Shown piece by piece: positions 18,096-28,035 of a DNA stretch of 46,906 nt; position 1 is the first letter of the stretch; each line of letters opens with the position of its first letter. The DNA lies in NCBI GenBank assembly GCA_964508365.1, contig CAZDTP010000028.1:1-46906 (forward strand), given 5' to 3'. The position numbers and the translations under genes were made by a program. The notes under the pieces were generated by a model. The model did not search any database. It had not been told where the DNA came from and saw only the letters and a list, made by a program, of their open reading frames with translations. This DNA comes from an uncultured archaeon. Its GTDB lineage: Archaea; Asgardarchaeota; Lokiarchaeia; Sigyniarchaeales; SOKP01.

Positions 18096-19328
18096 TTGAA
18101 TGAATTAAGTACTTCAGAAAGTATCTCAAGAGTCAAAAGTAGGAATATCTTAGCGTTATGCATCGCGAAACTAATCCATGGATTTGGAGTAAGTATGTTT
18201 AACGTTATATATCAACCATTTCTACTAGATCTTACAAATTCACTATTAATTACTGGGGTTTTAGTTACTTTAGGCAGCATTATGCAATTTCTTCCTATGC
18301 CTTTAGTAGGTAAGTTATCTGATCGATTGGGGCATAAAAATACAATTCTTACAAGCATTCCATTATACATTTTAGGATTAGTATTAATTTTCATTTCAGA
18401 TTCAAATAATATTCTTTACTTAATTTTTGGAATAGTTGTATACTACTTGGGATTTACCATAAATAGCATGAATGCTCAGTTTTTAGTAGCTGAAAATAGT
18501 GGGTCGTCTAAAGGATTGATGTATGGACTGATTTTCTTTTCATTCTTTATTGGAAGCATCGGTGGTAATATCTTTGTAATTTTTGGTCAATCAATTAGTA
18601 CACGCGTTTTCTTTTTAATATTTATGGGGATCTTAATAGTAGAAGGCTTAGTATTCACATTTTTCCTATCAAATAAATGGCGAGAACAAAAAGCTAACGC
18701 ACTTTTAAATGAGGATCTTCAAGTTAGAAAAGAACAGACATGGTTGAAATTTTTTAAGGATCCAAGGATGAGATCGATCCTTATTTTTTTTACTTTAGAT
18801 ATTTTTGTTTATGGAATATCTCTTTCCATTTACACCGGAGGATTAAGCGATTATTACCATTTAACAACTGAGGAAATCTCTTTCATAATTGTTTGGATGA
18901 ATATTACTAATATGTTATTCCAAATTCCCGCTGGACGCATCACCGATAAGCTCGGTAAAAAAAATTCTTTGTTTTTAAGCGCAATATCAGGGCTATGTTT
19001 TTTTATATTAAATATAATAGCCTCGATAATGTGGTCTATTGGAATGACATTTGTTCTAATACCATCTTTAGTAGTTGCCCATATTATATTTGCTTTTTCA
19101 GTTATTACATTTATCCCATCAGAGCAGATTATCCTTACAGATTTAGGTAAAAATAACAAAGCGGAATCGTACGGAGTTGTATCATTTATGAGGGGAGTAG
19201 CGTTTATTCCAACAAGTATAATAGGGGCTCTATTAATAGAAAATGTCCATTATATAGCTCCATTTATAGTAACATCTATAGGGATTATTGTTGAAATTTG
19301 GTTTCTGTTCAAATTCTTCCACGATTAG
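18096..19328 (+). CDS. MFS transporter
   Basis: About 12 hydrophobic segments; motif A GKLSDRLGHK and its repeat GRITDKLGKK. Confidence 0.9.
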   Translation: MNELSTSESISRVKSRNILALCIAKLIHGFGVSMFNVIYQPFLLDLTNSLLITGVLVTLGSIMQFLPMPLVGKLSDRLGHKNTILTSIPLYILGLVLIFISDSNNILYLIFGIVVYYLGFTINSMNAQFLVAENSGSSKGLMYGLIFFSFFIGSIGGNIFVIFGQSISTRVFFLIFMGILIVEGLVFTFFLSNKWREQKANALLNEDLQVRKEQTWLKFFKDPRMRSILIFFTLDIFVYGISLSIYTGGLSDYYHLTTEEISFIIVWMNITNMLFQIPAGRITDKLGKKNSLFLSAISGLCFFILNIIASIMWSIGMTFVLIPSLVVAHIIFAFSVITFIPSEQIILTDLGKNNKAESYGVVSFMRGVAFIPTSIIGALLIENVHYIAPFIVTSIGIIVEIWFLFKFFHD

Positions 19329-19467
19329 TGTTTCTGCTTTTCTTATTATTTATCGTAGAAGTATAAAAAAACTATTAAAAAGAGAAAGAATAAGAAATAA
19401 AATAATTCGAAAATTCAATTTAATAGTTTCTAAAAAAATAAATAATAATTAATTAAAGGTAGAAAAA

Positions 19468-20727
19468 ATGGGAAAGTTATCAAAACGAGTTGCTATCGTA
19501 GGGGCTGGGATGTCACAATTTGGGCGTCTATACCCCCTCAAACGGAATCCTGATCTCTGGGTAGATGCATGGGTCGAAGCTGTTAAATCAGTTGACAATG
19601 GTATAGAACCAAAAGATGTAGATGCATGTTATGTTGGAAATTATTCTTCAGATTTATTTAATCATCAGGGTCATTTAGGTCCTCAGATGGCAAACCTGGT
19701 GGGATTAACACCCAAGCCTGCATCTAGATTTGAAGGAGCATGTGCTAGTTCTGGAATTGCTTTAAGGCAGGCAGTTATTGCAGTAGCTTCTGGTATTCAT
19801 GATGTTATCGCTGTCGCAGGAGTTGAATGTATGAATGAACTTCCAACAAGTTTAGTGACAGACGCATTAGCTACGGCAAGCGATGCTCTATTTGAGTATC
19901 CCGCAGGGGCAACATTTCCAGGGTTATATGCTACTGTTGCAACAGCTCATTTCCACAAATATGGAACAACTTCAGAAGATTTAATGAGAATAGGAATTAA
20001 GAATCATGAAAACGGAGTTGAAAATCCATTTGCTCAGATGCAAAGATCTATCGCACAATTGATGCAAAGCAAATTAAAGAAATTGGAACAACAAGGAAAA
20101 GAACTTCCTGATTGGAAAGATGAATTTGATTACCTTAAAAGTGCTTCAAATCCAATGATTGCATATCCCTTAAGACTTTTTGATTGTAGTTTAGTCACAG
20201 ATGGAGCTGCATGTGTTTTTGTTGCTGCCGAAGATGTTGCTAAAAACTATACAGATACCCCAATTTGGATTGCTGGAATGGGTCAAGGAAGCGATGCGTT
20301 ATCCGTTCATGATAGAGATGATTTAACTGGCTTCCTAGCCACTAGAGAGGCAGCAAGGCAAGCATATGAAATGTCCGGATATGGACCAAAAGATATCCAA
20401 ATAGCCGAACTCCATGATTGTTTTACTATAGCAGAACTTGTCGCTTTAGAAGATTTAGGATTTTATGAGAAGGGAAAAGCCGCTCAGGCTGTGAAAGAGG
20501 GAGAAACTAAACGAGATGGAGCAAGACCCATAAATACTTCTGGGGGATTAAAATCAAAAGGTCATCCTGTTGGTGCTACTGGGGCTGCTCAAGCTGTAGA
20601 AATCTTTAAACAAATGAGAGGAAGAGCAGAACGAAATAGACAAGTAAAATTTGAGGTCGAACGGGCATTAACACACAACTTAGGAGGTAGTGGCGCTACA
20701 TGTGTAGTCACTATCTATGAAAAATAA
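19468..20727 (+). CDS. Archaeal/SCP-x-type thiolase
   Basis: EGACASSG catalytic Cys, ELHDCF, NTSGGL.SKGHPVGATG and HNLGG. Confidence 0.92.
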   Translation: MGKLSKRVAIVGAGMSQFGRLYPLKRNPDLWVDAWVEAVKSVDNGIEPKDVDACYVGNYSSDLFNHQGHLGPQMANLVGLTPKPASRFEGACASSGIALRQAVIAVASGIHDVIAVAGVECMNELPTSLVTDALATASDALFEYPAGATFPGLYATVATAHFHKYGTTSEDLMRIGIKNHENGVENPFAQMQRSIAQLMQSKLKKLEQQGKELPDWKDEFDYLKSASNPMIAYPLRLFDCSLVTDGAACVFVAAEDVAKNYTDTPIWIAGMGQGSDALSVHDRDDLTGFLATREAARQAYEMSGYGPKDIQIAELHDCFTIAELVALEDLGFYEKGKAAQAVKEGETKRDGARPINTSGGLKSKGHPVGATGAAQAVEIFKQMRGRAERNRQVKFEVERALTHNLGGSGATCVVTIYEK

Positions 20728-20741
20728 GGTGATCAGAAAAA

Positions 20742-21167
20742 ATGACTGAAGCAGAAGAAAAAGAATTTACAATTCAAAACTATTTAGAATTTATTCAAAA
20801 TAAGAAACTTATGGGCTCAAAATGCAAAGATTGCGGTACTATGTATGTTCCCGTTAGAAAATTATGCACAGCATGTAATTCACTTAATATGGAATGGGTA
20901 CCATTATCAGGAAAAGGTGAGCTTGCAGCATTTACTTCTATTACAGTTGGTACGCCTTACTTTATAGAACTAGGATATGGTAGAGACAAACCCTATTGTT
21001 TTTCAATTGTAAAACTAAAAGAGGGTCCAATGGTCTCCGCTCAACTAGTTGGTGTAGATGAAACTAAACCTGATACGATTAAAATCGGCCTGCCCTTAAA
21101 GGTTAAGTTCTTAGAAAATGAACTTAAAGGTGAAACCAAAATAGATTTAGGTTTTGAACCAGCCTAA
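20742..21167 (+). CDS. DUF35 Zn-ribbon/OB-fold protein (thiolase partner)
   Basis: CKDCG...P.R.LCTAC zinc ribbon plus OB-fold segment (L.EGPMV.AQL); 14 nt after the thiolase. Confidence 0.9.
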   Translation: MTEAEEKEFTIQNYLEFIQNKKLMGSKCKDCGTMYVPVRKLCTACNSLNMEWVPLSGKGELAAFTSITVGTPYFIELGYGRDKPYCFSIVKLKEGPMVSAQLVGVDETKPDTIKIGLPLKVKFLENELKGETKIDLGFEPA

Positions 21168-21234
21168 ACATAAAATATCTATTTTTTATTTTAATTTTGT
21201 AAGATAATATTTAGTATTTTCAAGTAACATAATA

Positions 21235-22401
21235 TTGGTGGTTTTAATAAAAAAACCTTACAAACTTACTATAATCGTTTTTATTGTGCTAATAGTAGTT
21301 ATACCAATAATATTACCGATCTTTCTTATTTTTAATCAAAACGAGTTAATTAATGTAAATATTGAATTGCTCTTCAATGGGGATGAAGCTTATACTTATG
21401 TAGCTGACCAAATGGGCATTAATACCACATCTTATAGAATACCTGGCACTAAAGGAAGAGAAGAATGCGCACAATATTTTATCGATAAATTTCAACAAAT
21501 TGATCCTCTTATTGACTACTCCCTTCATAACTTTACAATTCTATCAATTGAATGCCAGAATGTACTCTTTAAGATGAACGAAAACTATACGAATATTGTA
21601 ATTTTAGGTGCTCACTACGACTCTAGAGCTAAGGCTACTAAAGATACTACCAATCCAAATTTACCCGTTCCTGGAGCAAACGATGGTGCTAGTGGGTGTG
21701 CTGTTCTTATAGAACTAGCTGAAGTTTTGTATAGTCGATTGAATAACTTGTCTGTTCAAATTTGGTTTTTATTCTTTGATGCTGAAGATCAAGGGTATGA
21801 TCTAGGAGCTGGAATTCCTGGGTGGGATTGGGTTGAAGGTTCTGAGCAATTTGTTCTCGAAATTGATAATTTTTACAATTCATCAAAAGAAGATTTTGAT
21901 GCCATGATTCTGTTGGATATGGTTGGAGGGACCAATTTGCGTTTTATTAATGAGCAACACTCTACTTCCTCATTATTGAATGAACTCTTTGAAATAGGAA
22001 GGCAGTTAGGATTTACAAACGCATTTCCTCTTGATCCAATTGTTGGAACAATAACCGATGACCACATAGCATTTCTAAATTATGGGATTCCTTCTGCTGA
22101 CTTGATTATTAAATTTTGGAATCAACCCGCTGAATGGCCTTATCACCATACTACTGGCGATGATATCTCTCACATTTCAAACAATAGTTTAGAAATTACG
22201 GGAAAAATTGTAGAGCAATTCATTTATAATAATTACTATGATACTATCGATCAGTATCAAGGAAATTTTCCATGGAGAGACGATTTTAACCTTCTGGATA
22301 GTGAGTTATTAATGTTATTATTGATTATTTTACCAATAATAGGTCTTACAGTTGTAATATTATGGTATCGTTCACGATTAATGAAAAAATCATTAGAATA
22401 A
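21235..22401 (+). CDS. Membrane-anchored M28-family zinc enzyme, glutaminyl-cyclase-like
   Basis: GAHYDSR, GANDGASG, FFDAEDQG, LLDMVG, DDH and HHTTGD motifs; hydrophobic segments at both ends. Confidence 0.82.
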   Translation: MVVLIKKPYKLTIIVFIVLIVVIPIILPIFLIFNQNELINVNIELLFNGDEAYTYVADQMGINTTSYRIPGTKGREECAQYFIDKFQQIDPLIDYSLHNFTILSIECQNVLFKMNENYTNIVILGAHYDSRAKATKDTTNPNLPVPGANDGASGCAVLIELAEVLYSRLNNLSVQIWFLFFDAEDQGYDLGAGIPGWDWVEGSEQFVLEIDNFYNSSKEDFDAMILLDMVGGTNLRFINEQHSTSSLLNELFEIGRQLGFTNAFPLDPIVGTITDDHIAFLNYGIPSADLIIKFWNQPAEWPYHHTTGDDISHISNNSLEITGKIVEQFIYNNYYDTIDQYQGNFPWRDDFNLLDSELLMLLLIILPIIGLTVVILWYRSRLMKKSLE

Positions 22402-22431
22402 TACTAAACTTTAAGAGTAAATAGAAACAGG

Positions 22432-23052
22432 TTAATTCTTCTGGCCTAGGATTGCGCGATGATTGGTTTTGTCGATGTAAATTTCAGTCAATTTAAATGC
22501 ACGAAAAACTTTTTTTAATTCTAGAATGGTAAAGAAATGGTGCGGAAGCCCTTTTTCCGGACCTTTAAGGGGGATGTAAGTTCTTGTCTCAACTTTTTTC
22601 ATATTTTCTTTCTTTAGGTAGAAGATTTTGGGCAATGGGAATGTAAGAAAAATGAAACCTTCCTTTCTTAAAATGCGTTCTATCTCATTAACAGTGAACA
22701 ATATATCTTTCATTAAATTGTGGTGAATAACTTGAATTGAGACAACTGCATCAAAAAATCCATCTTTGTATGGAAGTTTTTGTTCAATTTTTTGACATAT
22801 TAGTTCTGATGATAAATTTTCTTTATTTAACCAATTTTTCGCAATTTCTAAACCATTTGGTGATCCATCAAGGCCATAAATTTCAAATCCTTTCTTTAAT
22901 AGAAAGAGAAGATGTCTCCCAGTTCCACATCCTAAATCTAAAATTCGTTTAATTCCTTCCTCGATAAATAGGTTAGCTATTCTTTCCATATCTGGATGAG
23001 GTTTCGTAAAGAATTTCCCCTTTTCAGCAAAAACATCGTCCCAATCTGGCAT
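22432..23052 (-). CDS. Class I SAM-dependent methyltransferase
   Basis: ILDLGCGTGRH motif I; FDAVVSIQVIHH. Confidence 0.9.
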   Translation of the reverse strand: MPDWDDVFAEKGKFFTKPHPDMERIANLFIEEGIKRILDLGCGTGRHLLFLLKKGFEIYGLDGSPNGLEIAKNWLNKENLSSELICQKIEQKLPYKDGFFDAVVSIQVIHHNLMKDILFTVNEIERILRKEGFIFLTFPLPKIFYLKKENMKKVETRTYIPLKGPEKGLPHHFFTILELKKVFRAFKLTEIYIDKTNHRAILGQKN

Positions 23053-23097
23053 TGTTTACTTAACTTGTTCAGTTATAAAGAAAGAAATTTAATTTTA

Positions 23098-24057
23098 TCA
23101 GTGTTCGCATTCATAGAAATATCTACCGTATTTTTCTTTAAAGGCTTCTGCGACTTCATTGGTTTTTGGACGAATAAATGCGTAACCATCTTTTATTGTT
23201 TCATAAGTAACCGGTAATGGACCTAACACTTCACCGTCAACTTGGCAAAGATAAGGATCATCTTCTGACTTCACCATTTCAATTCGTACTTTTTTACTCT
23301 GATACTCAAAAACATCAGGGTGTGGTAATAATGAGGCATTATACATTCTTTTAAATTGAAAGAGTAATTTAAACTTACCAATATCAACAACACTTATGTC
23401 AAATAATCCATCTTCTACACTTGCTTTTTGACACACGTACATTCCTCCTCCGTACGCTCCTCCATTTCCTACTGCGGTTAGGTTAGCCATTCCTTCGAAA
23501 GTATCATTATCCATAACAACTCTTATTTCTTTGCTTTTCCATTTGAATAGTGTTTTAATAACGAGAGCATTGTAGTTTTTTTCTTGGTTTTCGTTTGCCC
23601 TTTTCGCAACCTCCGCATCGAAGCCCTGTGATCCAATACCCAAAAAGTATCGCTCAACACCTTGATCCGTCTTAGCATATCCTATATCGGATTTACCTGA
23701 ATAACCTTCTGCGATAATTTCACAAGCTCTCTTTATGTCAGGAGTTATCCCGATAACTGCCGGAATGTCATTTCCTGAACCCATAGGAATAAACCCACAT
23801 AAAGCTCCAGAATTTGAACTAATGACGCCGTGCAAAACTTCATTACAAGTACCATCACCACCCGCGCCAATAACTCTATATCCTTCTATAGCTAATTGAG
23901 TTGCTAGTTCTATGGCATGTCCTGCAAATTCTGTCTCGAATAGTTTATATGAAAGCTTAAGATCATCTAAACATTTTTTTGCGTATTCTATATCCTCGGT
24001 TGCCTGTTTAATACTCCCTGCGATGGGGTTATATATAATTGCTAAATCTTGTTCCAT
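23098..24057 (-). CDS. Diacylglycerol-kinase/YegS-family lipid kinase
   Basis: NPIAG, GAGGDGT, PMGSGND, GNG..YGGG and QVDGE. Confidence 0.9.
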   Translation of the reverse strand: MEQDLAIIYNPIAGSIKQATEDIEYAKKCLDDLKLSYKLFETEFAGHAIELATQLAIEGYRVIGAGGDGTCNEVLHGVISSNSGALCGFIPMGSGNDIPAVIGITPDIKRACEIIAEGYSGKSDIGYAKTDQGVERYFLGIGSQGFDAEVAKRANENQEKNYNALVIKTLFKWKSKEIRVVMDNDTFEGMANLTAVGNGGAYGGGMYVCQKASVEDGLFDISVVDIGKFKLLFQFKRMYNASLLPHPDVFEYQSKKVRIEMVKSEDDPYLCQVDGEVLGPLPVTYETIKDGYAFIRPKTNEVAEAFKEKYGRYFYECEH

Positions 24058-24240
24058 AATTTAATCACACAATTAATCTTAGATACTATAATTTCATTAG
24101 AATAATATAATGTAATATAATTTTAAATCTACAACTATATAAAAATTATATTTTTGATTTAATCTAAAAATATCATAACATTTTTTTTAAAAATCGGGAA
24201 TTAACAACAACTATTTAAGAGGATTGTGAATAAGGTGTTT

Positions 24241-24756
24241 TTATTTCTCCTTCCAAACACACGAACAGCCACTACAAATATATTTCTTTCCATAAATCCT
24301 CGGGTAGTCGCAGAGGATATCATTCTTATCAATTAATTCGTGTATTTTAAACCAACTTCCATCATCACATATAGGACACAACCGACGACCTTGAGATTTT
24401 GGGATTGTTAAGATTTCTTCAGATCGGCCAAAAAGACCTTCATTTTTTATAGAATTAAGCATCTTATTTTTTTCTATAAAACTTACGCGAGGAGCTTTAG
24501 AAGTTACAGTTCGTGAAGAATATCTTTGAGATTTTTCTATGATTTCTGAGCTATTTTCTTTTCTTTCGAGAATTTTTATGTAGCTTGAAACTATCGGATT
24601 AATTTCACTCTTTTTTGGTAATCTTTCATATTCGCTAATAAAATTATCTATAAAACTTTCAACATAATCTTTTTCAATGCTTAAACCTTTTTCTTCAACT
24701 TCTTTGATGATGTCTCCAACGATATAATCTTTTAAGATTGGATCTTCCACAATCAT
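24241..24756 (-). CDS. Hypothetical protein with C-terminal zinc ribbon
   Basis: CPIC...(x)...CSGC pair at the C-terminus; N-terminal helical region. Confidence 0.75.
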   Translation of the reverse strand: MIVEDPILKDYIVGDIIKEVEEKGLSIEKDYVESFIDNFISEYERLPKKSEINPIVSSYIKILERKENSSEIIEKSQRYSSRTVTSKAPRVSFIEKNKMLNSIKNEGLFGRSEEILTIPKSQGRRLCPICDDGSWFKIHELIDKNDILCDYPRIYGKKYICSGCSCVWKEK

Positions 24757-25002
24757 TTACGAACACCCTACCCTGATGAGATCACAATAAGTACGATGAT
24801 GTCATTAAATCAATATTTCTAGATTAAGATTTTATGGTTTAAAATACTATCTCAAAAGTTACTGGCATTTAAATATCTCAACTGTAGACAACTTCGTTTA
24901 ACAGAATATGTTAAATCTTTGATGACCTTAGAACAAAATTTATATTAACATCGTTATTTAATTAGACAAGAGAAAGAGGAAACGTCAAAAATTAAAAAAA
25001 AA

Positions 25003-25626
25003 ATGAAGAACGCCACAGAGAAAGAAAAAAAGCCCGTTTCTAGAAAAAAGATTATCATAGCTGTTGTATTGATTAGTATTGCGTTCTTTGGATCTTTCTT
25101 AGTATATTTTATCCTACAAATTTCATTTAATACGGAATCCCCTATAGTAGTCGTGGTCAGTGGCTCAATGGAGCCTCAGATTCATGAAGGTGACTTGCTG
25201 TTTGTAATGGGAATCGAACCAGAAAACATAAAAAACGGAACTATCGAAGATAAAGACGGAGATATCATTGTATTCAATGCTCAGGGATTGTGGCCCTTGG
25301 CTCCCATCGAACCTATAGTCCATCGTGTGATTGAGAAATACCAAATAAACAACACATGGTATTTTAGAACTAAAGGAGATGCTAATGCGCTTCCTGACCC
25401 CGAAGAATTTCCAGAAACTCGTGTTATCGGTGTTGTAGTCGGTGGCATTCCCTATATAGGTTGGGTGAAAATATTCTTAACAGAATCTGGCTTATTAATC
25501 CCTCTATTAGTCATTATATCGGCGCTTCTTATTATCAGTATAGTGAGAGATATATACAAAGGCGATGACGACGATCAGGATGAAAAAAATAAAGAAGAGC
25601 AGGAAATTACTGAAAAAGAGCCTTAA
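25003..25626 (+). CDS. Signal peptidase I, archaeal/ER SEC11 type
   Basis: N-terminal TM; VVSGSMEP (catalytic Ser), IVHRV (His instead of the bacterial Lys), TKGDAN; C-terminal TM. Confidence 0.92.
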   Translation: MKNATEKEKKPVSRKKIIIAVVLISIAFFGSFLVYFILQISFNTESPIVVVVSGSMEPQIHEGDLLFVMGIEPENIKNGTIEDKDGDIIVFNAQGLWPLAPIEPIVHRVIEKYQINNTWYFRTKGDANALPDPEEFPETRVIGVVVGGIPYIGWVKIFLTESGLLIPLLVIISALLIISIVRDIYKGDDDDQDEKNKEEQEITEKEP

Positions 25627-25797
25627 TAAATAGATTAGCCAGAAAAATAATTAATGATAAAGAAAAAGAGTTAATGAATGTAATAATCACATTACACATT
25701 CATAAAAACTTTTATAAAACAAAATTTTAATTATTACTATCCAAAATTTCAGAATAGAATTTTTAATTTTTGTTCTGGATATTTATAACTGAATATT

Positions 25798-26337
25798 ATG
25801 GGGACAAAAAGAAGTAATGGTAAGTTTTTTCTAATTATTGGTGTTATTTTAGCATATTTCAGCGTCTTTTCTTATTTTCTATTAGATTCAATAGGTGCAT
25901 GGTGGCTGGTAGAAGTAGATCCTGTATTAGGTACAACCCAAACTGCTTATCTAAATGCTTTTGGGTATATTGGAGTAACTGGGGAAGAGTTAGAACTAGT
26001 CTTGGGACCGTTAGGCATTTTTGGTGCAGTTTTATTCCTAATTAGTCCACTGCTTTCGATATTATCTTTTGTAAAGGGAACCAAAATATTTGCTTATTTA
26101 GGATTTTTTTTGATGTTGAGTGCACTAGTAATCTTTCTTTATGGATTAGCAAATGTTCAAGATTACGAATCAATTTTAGAAAATTTAAGTTTTATTACAA
26201 GCGATGAATATATTATATATTATGGTACCGTTGATTTGGGACTATTTGGGATTTGGACATGGATGATAGGGGCAGGCTTTTATATCGCAACAGCCGGAAC
26301 AATTGTAACATTAATAGGAGCCATCAAACTTAACTAA
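25798..26337 (+). CDS. Hypothetical four-TM membrane protein
   Basis: Four hydrophobic spans with two extramembrane loops. Confidence 0.7.
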   Translation: MGTKRSNGKFFLIIGVILAYFSVFSYFLLDSIGAWWLVEVDPVLGTTQTAYLNAFGYIGVTGEELELVLGPLGIFGAVLFLISPLLSILSFVKGTKIFAYLGFFLMLSALVIFLYGLANVQDYESILENLSFITSDEYIIYYGTVDLGLFGIWTWMIGAGFYIATAGTIVTLIGAIKLN

Positions 26338-26560
26338 TAAAAGATATAAAATTATTTTCTTGAATTTTTTTCTATTTTTAATTTTATAGCATAAAAAACT
26401 ACTAATCCATATATAATAGATAAGGTTTCTTTTTTAACTTAGAATTACTAAGATCTTTAAACTGAAATCTCAGACTTTTATTTTTTTAGGCATTAAAATT
26501 TAAATATTAATGTAGAATTAATGTAAATTATCAATAAACTATGTATATTTGATGATATAA

Positions 26561-26785
26561 ATGCCATGGACACCACCTACGAAATTTACTGTGGTTTTTT
26601 CCTTTTTACTCTTAGTAGTAGGATTGTTTATTTTGATTGAACTATTCTTTAATCTAACCGACATATTACCCGTGATAACTTTTGGAAATTTCAACTCCAC
26701 AGAATCATGGGCTATCATTGGAATGGCTTTAGTATTTCTAGCCTGGTTTTTAATGTTTCTAGGAGTAATATTAAAAGGTATATAA
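26561..26785 (+). CDS. Small two-TM membrane protein
   Basis: 74 aa with two clear hydrophobic helices; isolated ORF with ATG start. Confidence 0.7.
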   Translation: MPWTPPTKFTVVFSFLLLVVGLFILIELFFNLTDILPVITFGNFNSTESWAIIGMALVFLAWFLMFLGVILKGI

Positions 26786-26922
26786 TTTCCATACTTACAT
26801 TTTTTTTTAATTTTGAAATTACATAAGTTTTTAGAATAAATGAGTTATTAATATGAAAATAAGAAAAAAAAAAGATTTTAACTGCCTAATTGCTATACTC
26901 GGACAGTTTGAATATCATTTGT

Positions 26923-27204
26923 TTATTTTGGTGGAGTAAGTACAATTTCAATGCTAGAAACATTGTTACTTTGCCCGTTCTCTCCTTCAAGTTGCTCTGT
27001 GGAGAGTCTGATATCTTTGTATTCCGTTCCTTTTAAGAATCTGTTTCTTAAAATTTCGCACACATCAACTGCGTGAGAAATAGCTCTACCTCTGGCTTTA
27101 ACAGTACAATCTTCTCCCGTATTTAGGATCATCATTGTAGCCATAACATAATTCATTGTTGGTCTGCGACCTACAAATACTGAATTTGCTTCTTTGTTTG
27201 ACAT
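26923..27204 (-). CDS. albA: Alba chromatin/RNA-binding protein
   Basis: VFVGRRPTMNYV, VKARGRAISHAVDV.E and VSSIEIVL Alba signature. Confidence 0.95.
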   Translation of the reverse strand: MSNKEANSVFVGRRPTMNYVMATMMILNTGEDCTVKARGRAISHAVDVCEILRNRFLKGTEYKDIRLSTEQLEGENGQSNNVSSIEIVLTPPK

Positions 27205-28035
27205 TTTTTTTACCTCTATTATTGTTTCAGTTGATTTCCTTTACTTTTTAGATATTTCGAATAATGCAATTTATATTTTTATTTTATGTATTGCTGTTTT
27301 ACTGTTTTCATGTTTCAAAATAGCAATTAAGATCAAAAAATATTTAAAAATTATTAAATGTTATCAACTTGTTAATATTTAAATAAGCGTTTCCGAGTTA
27401 GAAAAGATTTTTCTAAGTTGTTTAATTTCTTTTTAGTTAAAAATATTATTTTAAAAGCCAGGTATATCAAAAAAATTTATTTCTAACGAATAAAATTTAG
27501 ATACTTTAAAATTGATTAATGATCTATAAAAAGTGGGAATGGTTACATGTGAAATATCTGTTAAAGCAGAGGACGATAAAAGATTTAGTTTTATTAATAC
27601 TATTGCACTAATAACGTTTTAAGAACCAGTTGATTATATACCCTTTATCATTATTAATGACTCATGATTCAAAATTAAATACGTAATCTTCCAAAACAAA
27701 TAGAGGGATTATAATCTAAACTCTCTTCGCTAAAACCAAAAAAAAAATCTTTTTTTTATCTATTTTACATTAATTTTTTCATTAGATAGTTTAATCGGTT
27801 AAGATCATTATATTTAATCATCCAAGAGTAATTTTAGAATCAAATATAGACCCTTCTTTTATGATTCAATGAGGTCAAAGGATGGTAGATTTTAGAGAAT
27901 TATTGAGGATTGTCAAAACAAACATTTAAAAACTCATATGGTAATAATTTATATTAATAAAAAATCTATTTATAATCGATTTTTTAGGACTTTACTAAAA
28001 TTTAATCAAAGTATAAGAAGAGGAAGAAAAAATTA

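Noticed and set aside
24770-24830. TGATGA box-C-like motif in the intergenic region
   Set aside because: No box D (CTGA) at a suitable distance, so a C/D sRNA is not supported.
27194-27382. 62-aa hydrophobic ORF upstream of alba
   Set aside because: Low-complexity AT-rich translation overlapping the alba start and promoter on the opposite strand.
27205-28035. Replication origin call
   Set aside because: No ORB consensus or adjacent orc1/cdc6 gene; kept only as an unexplained AT-rich gap.
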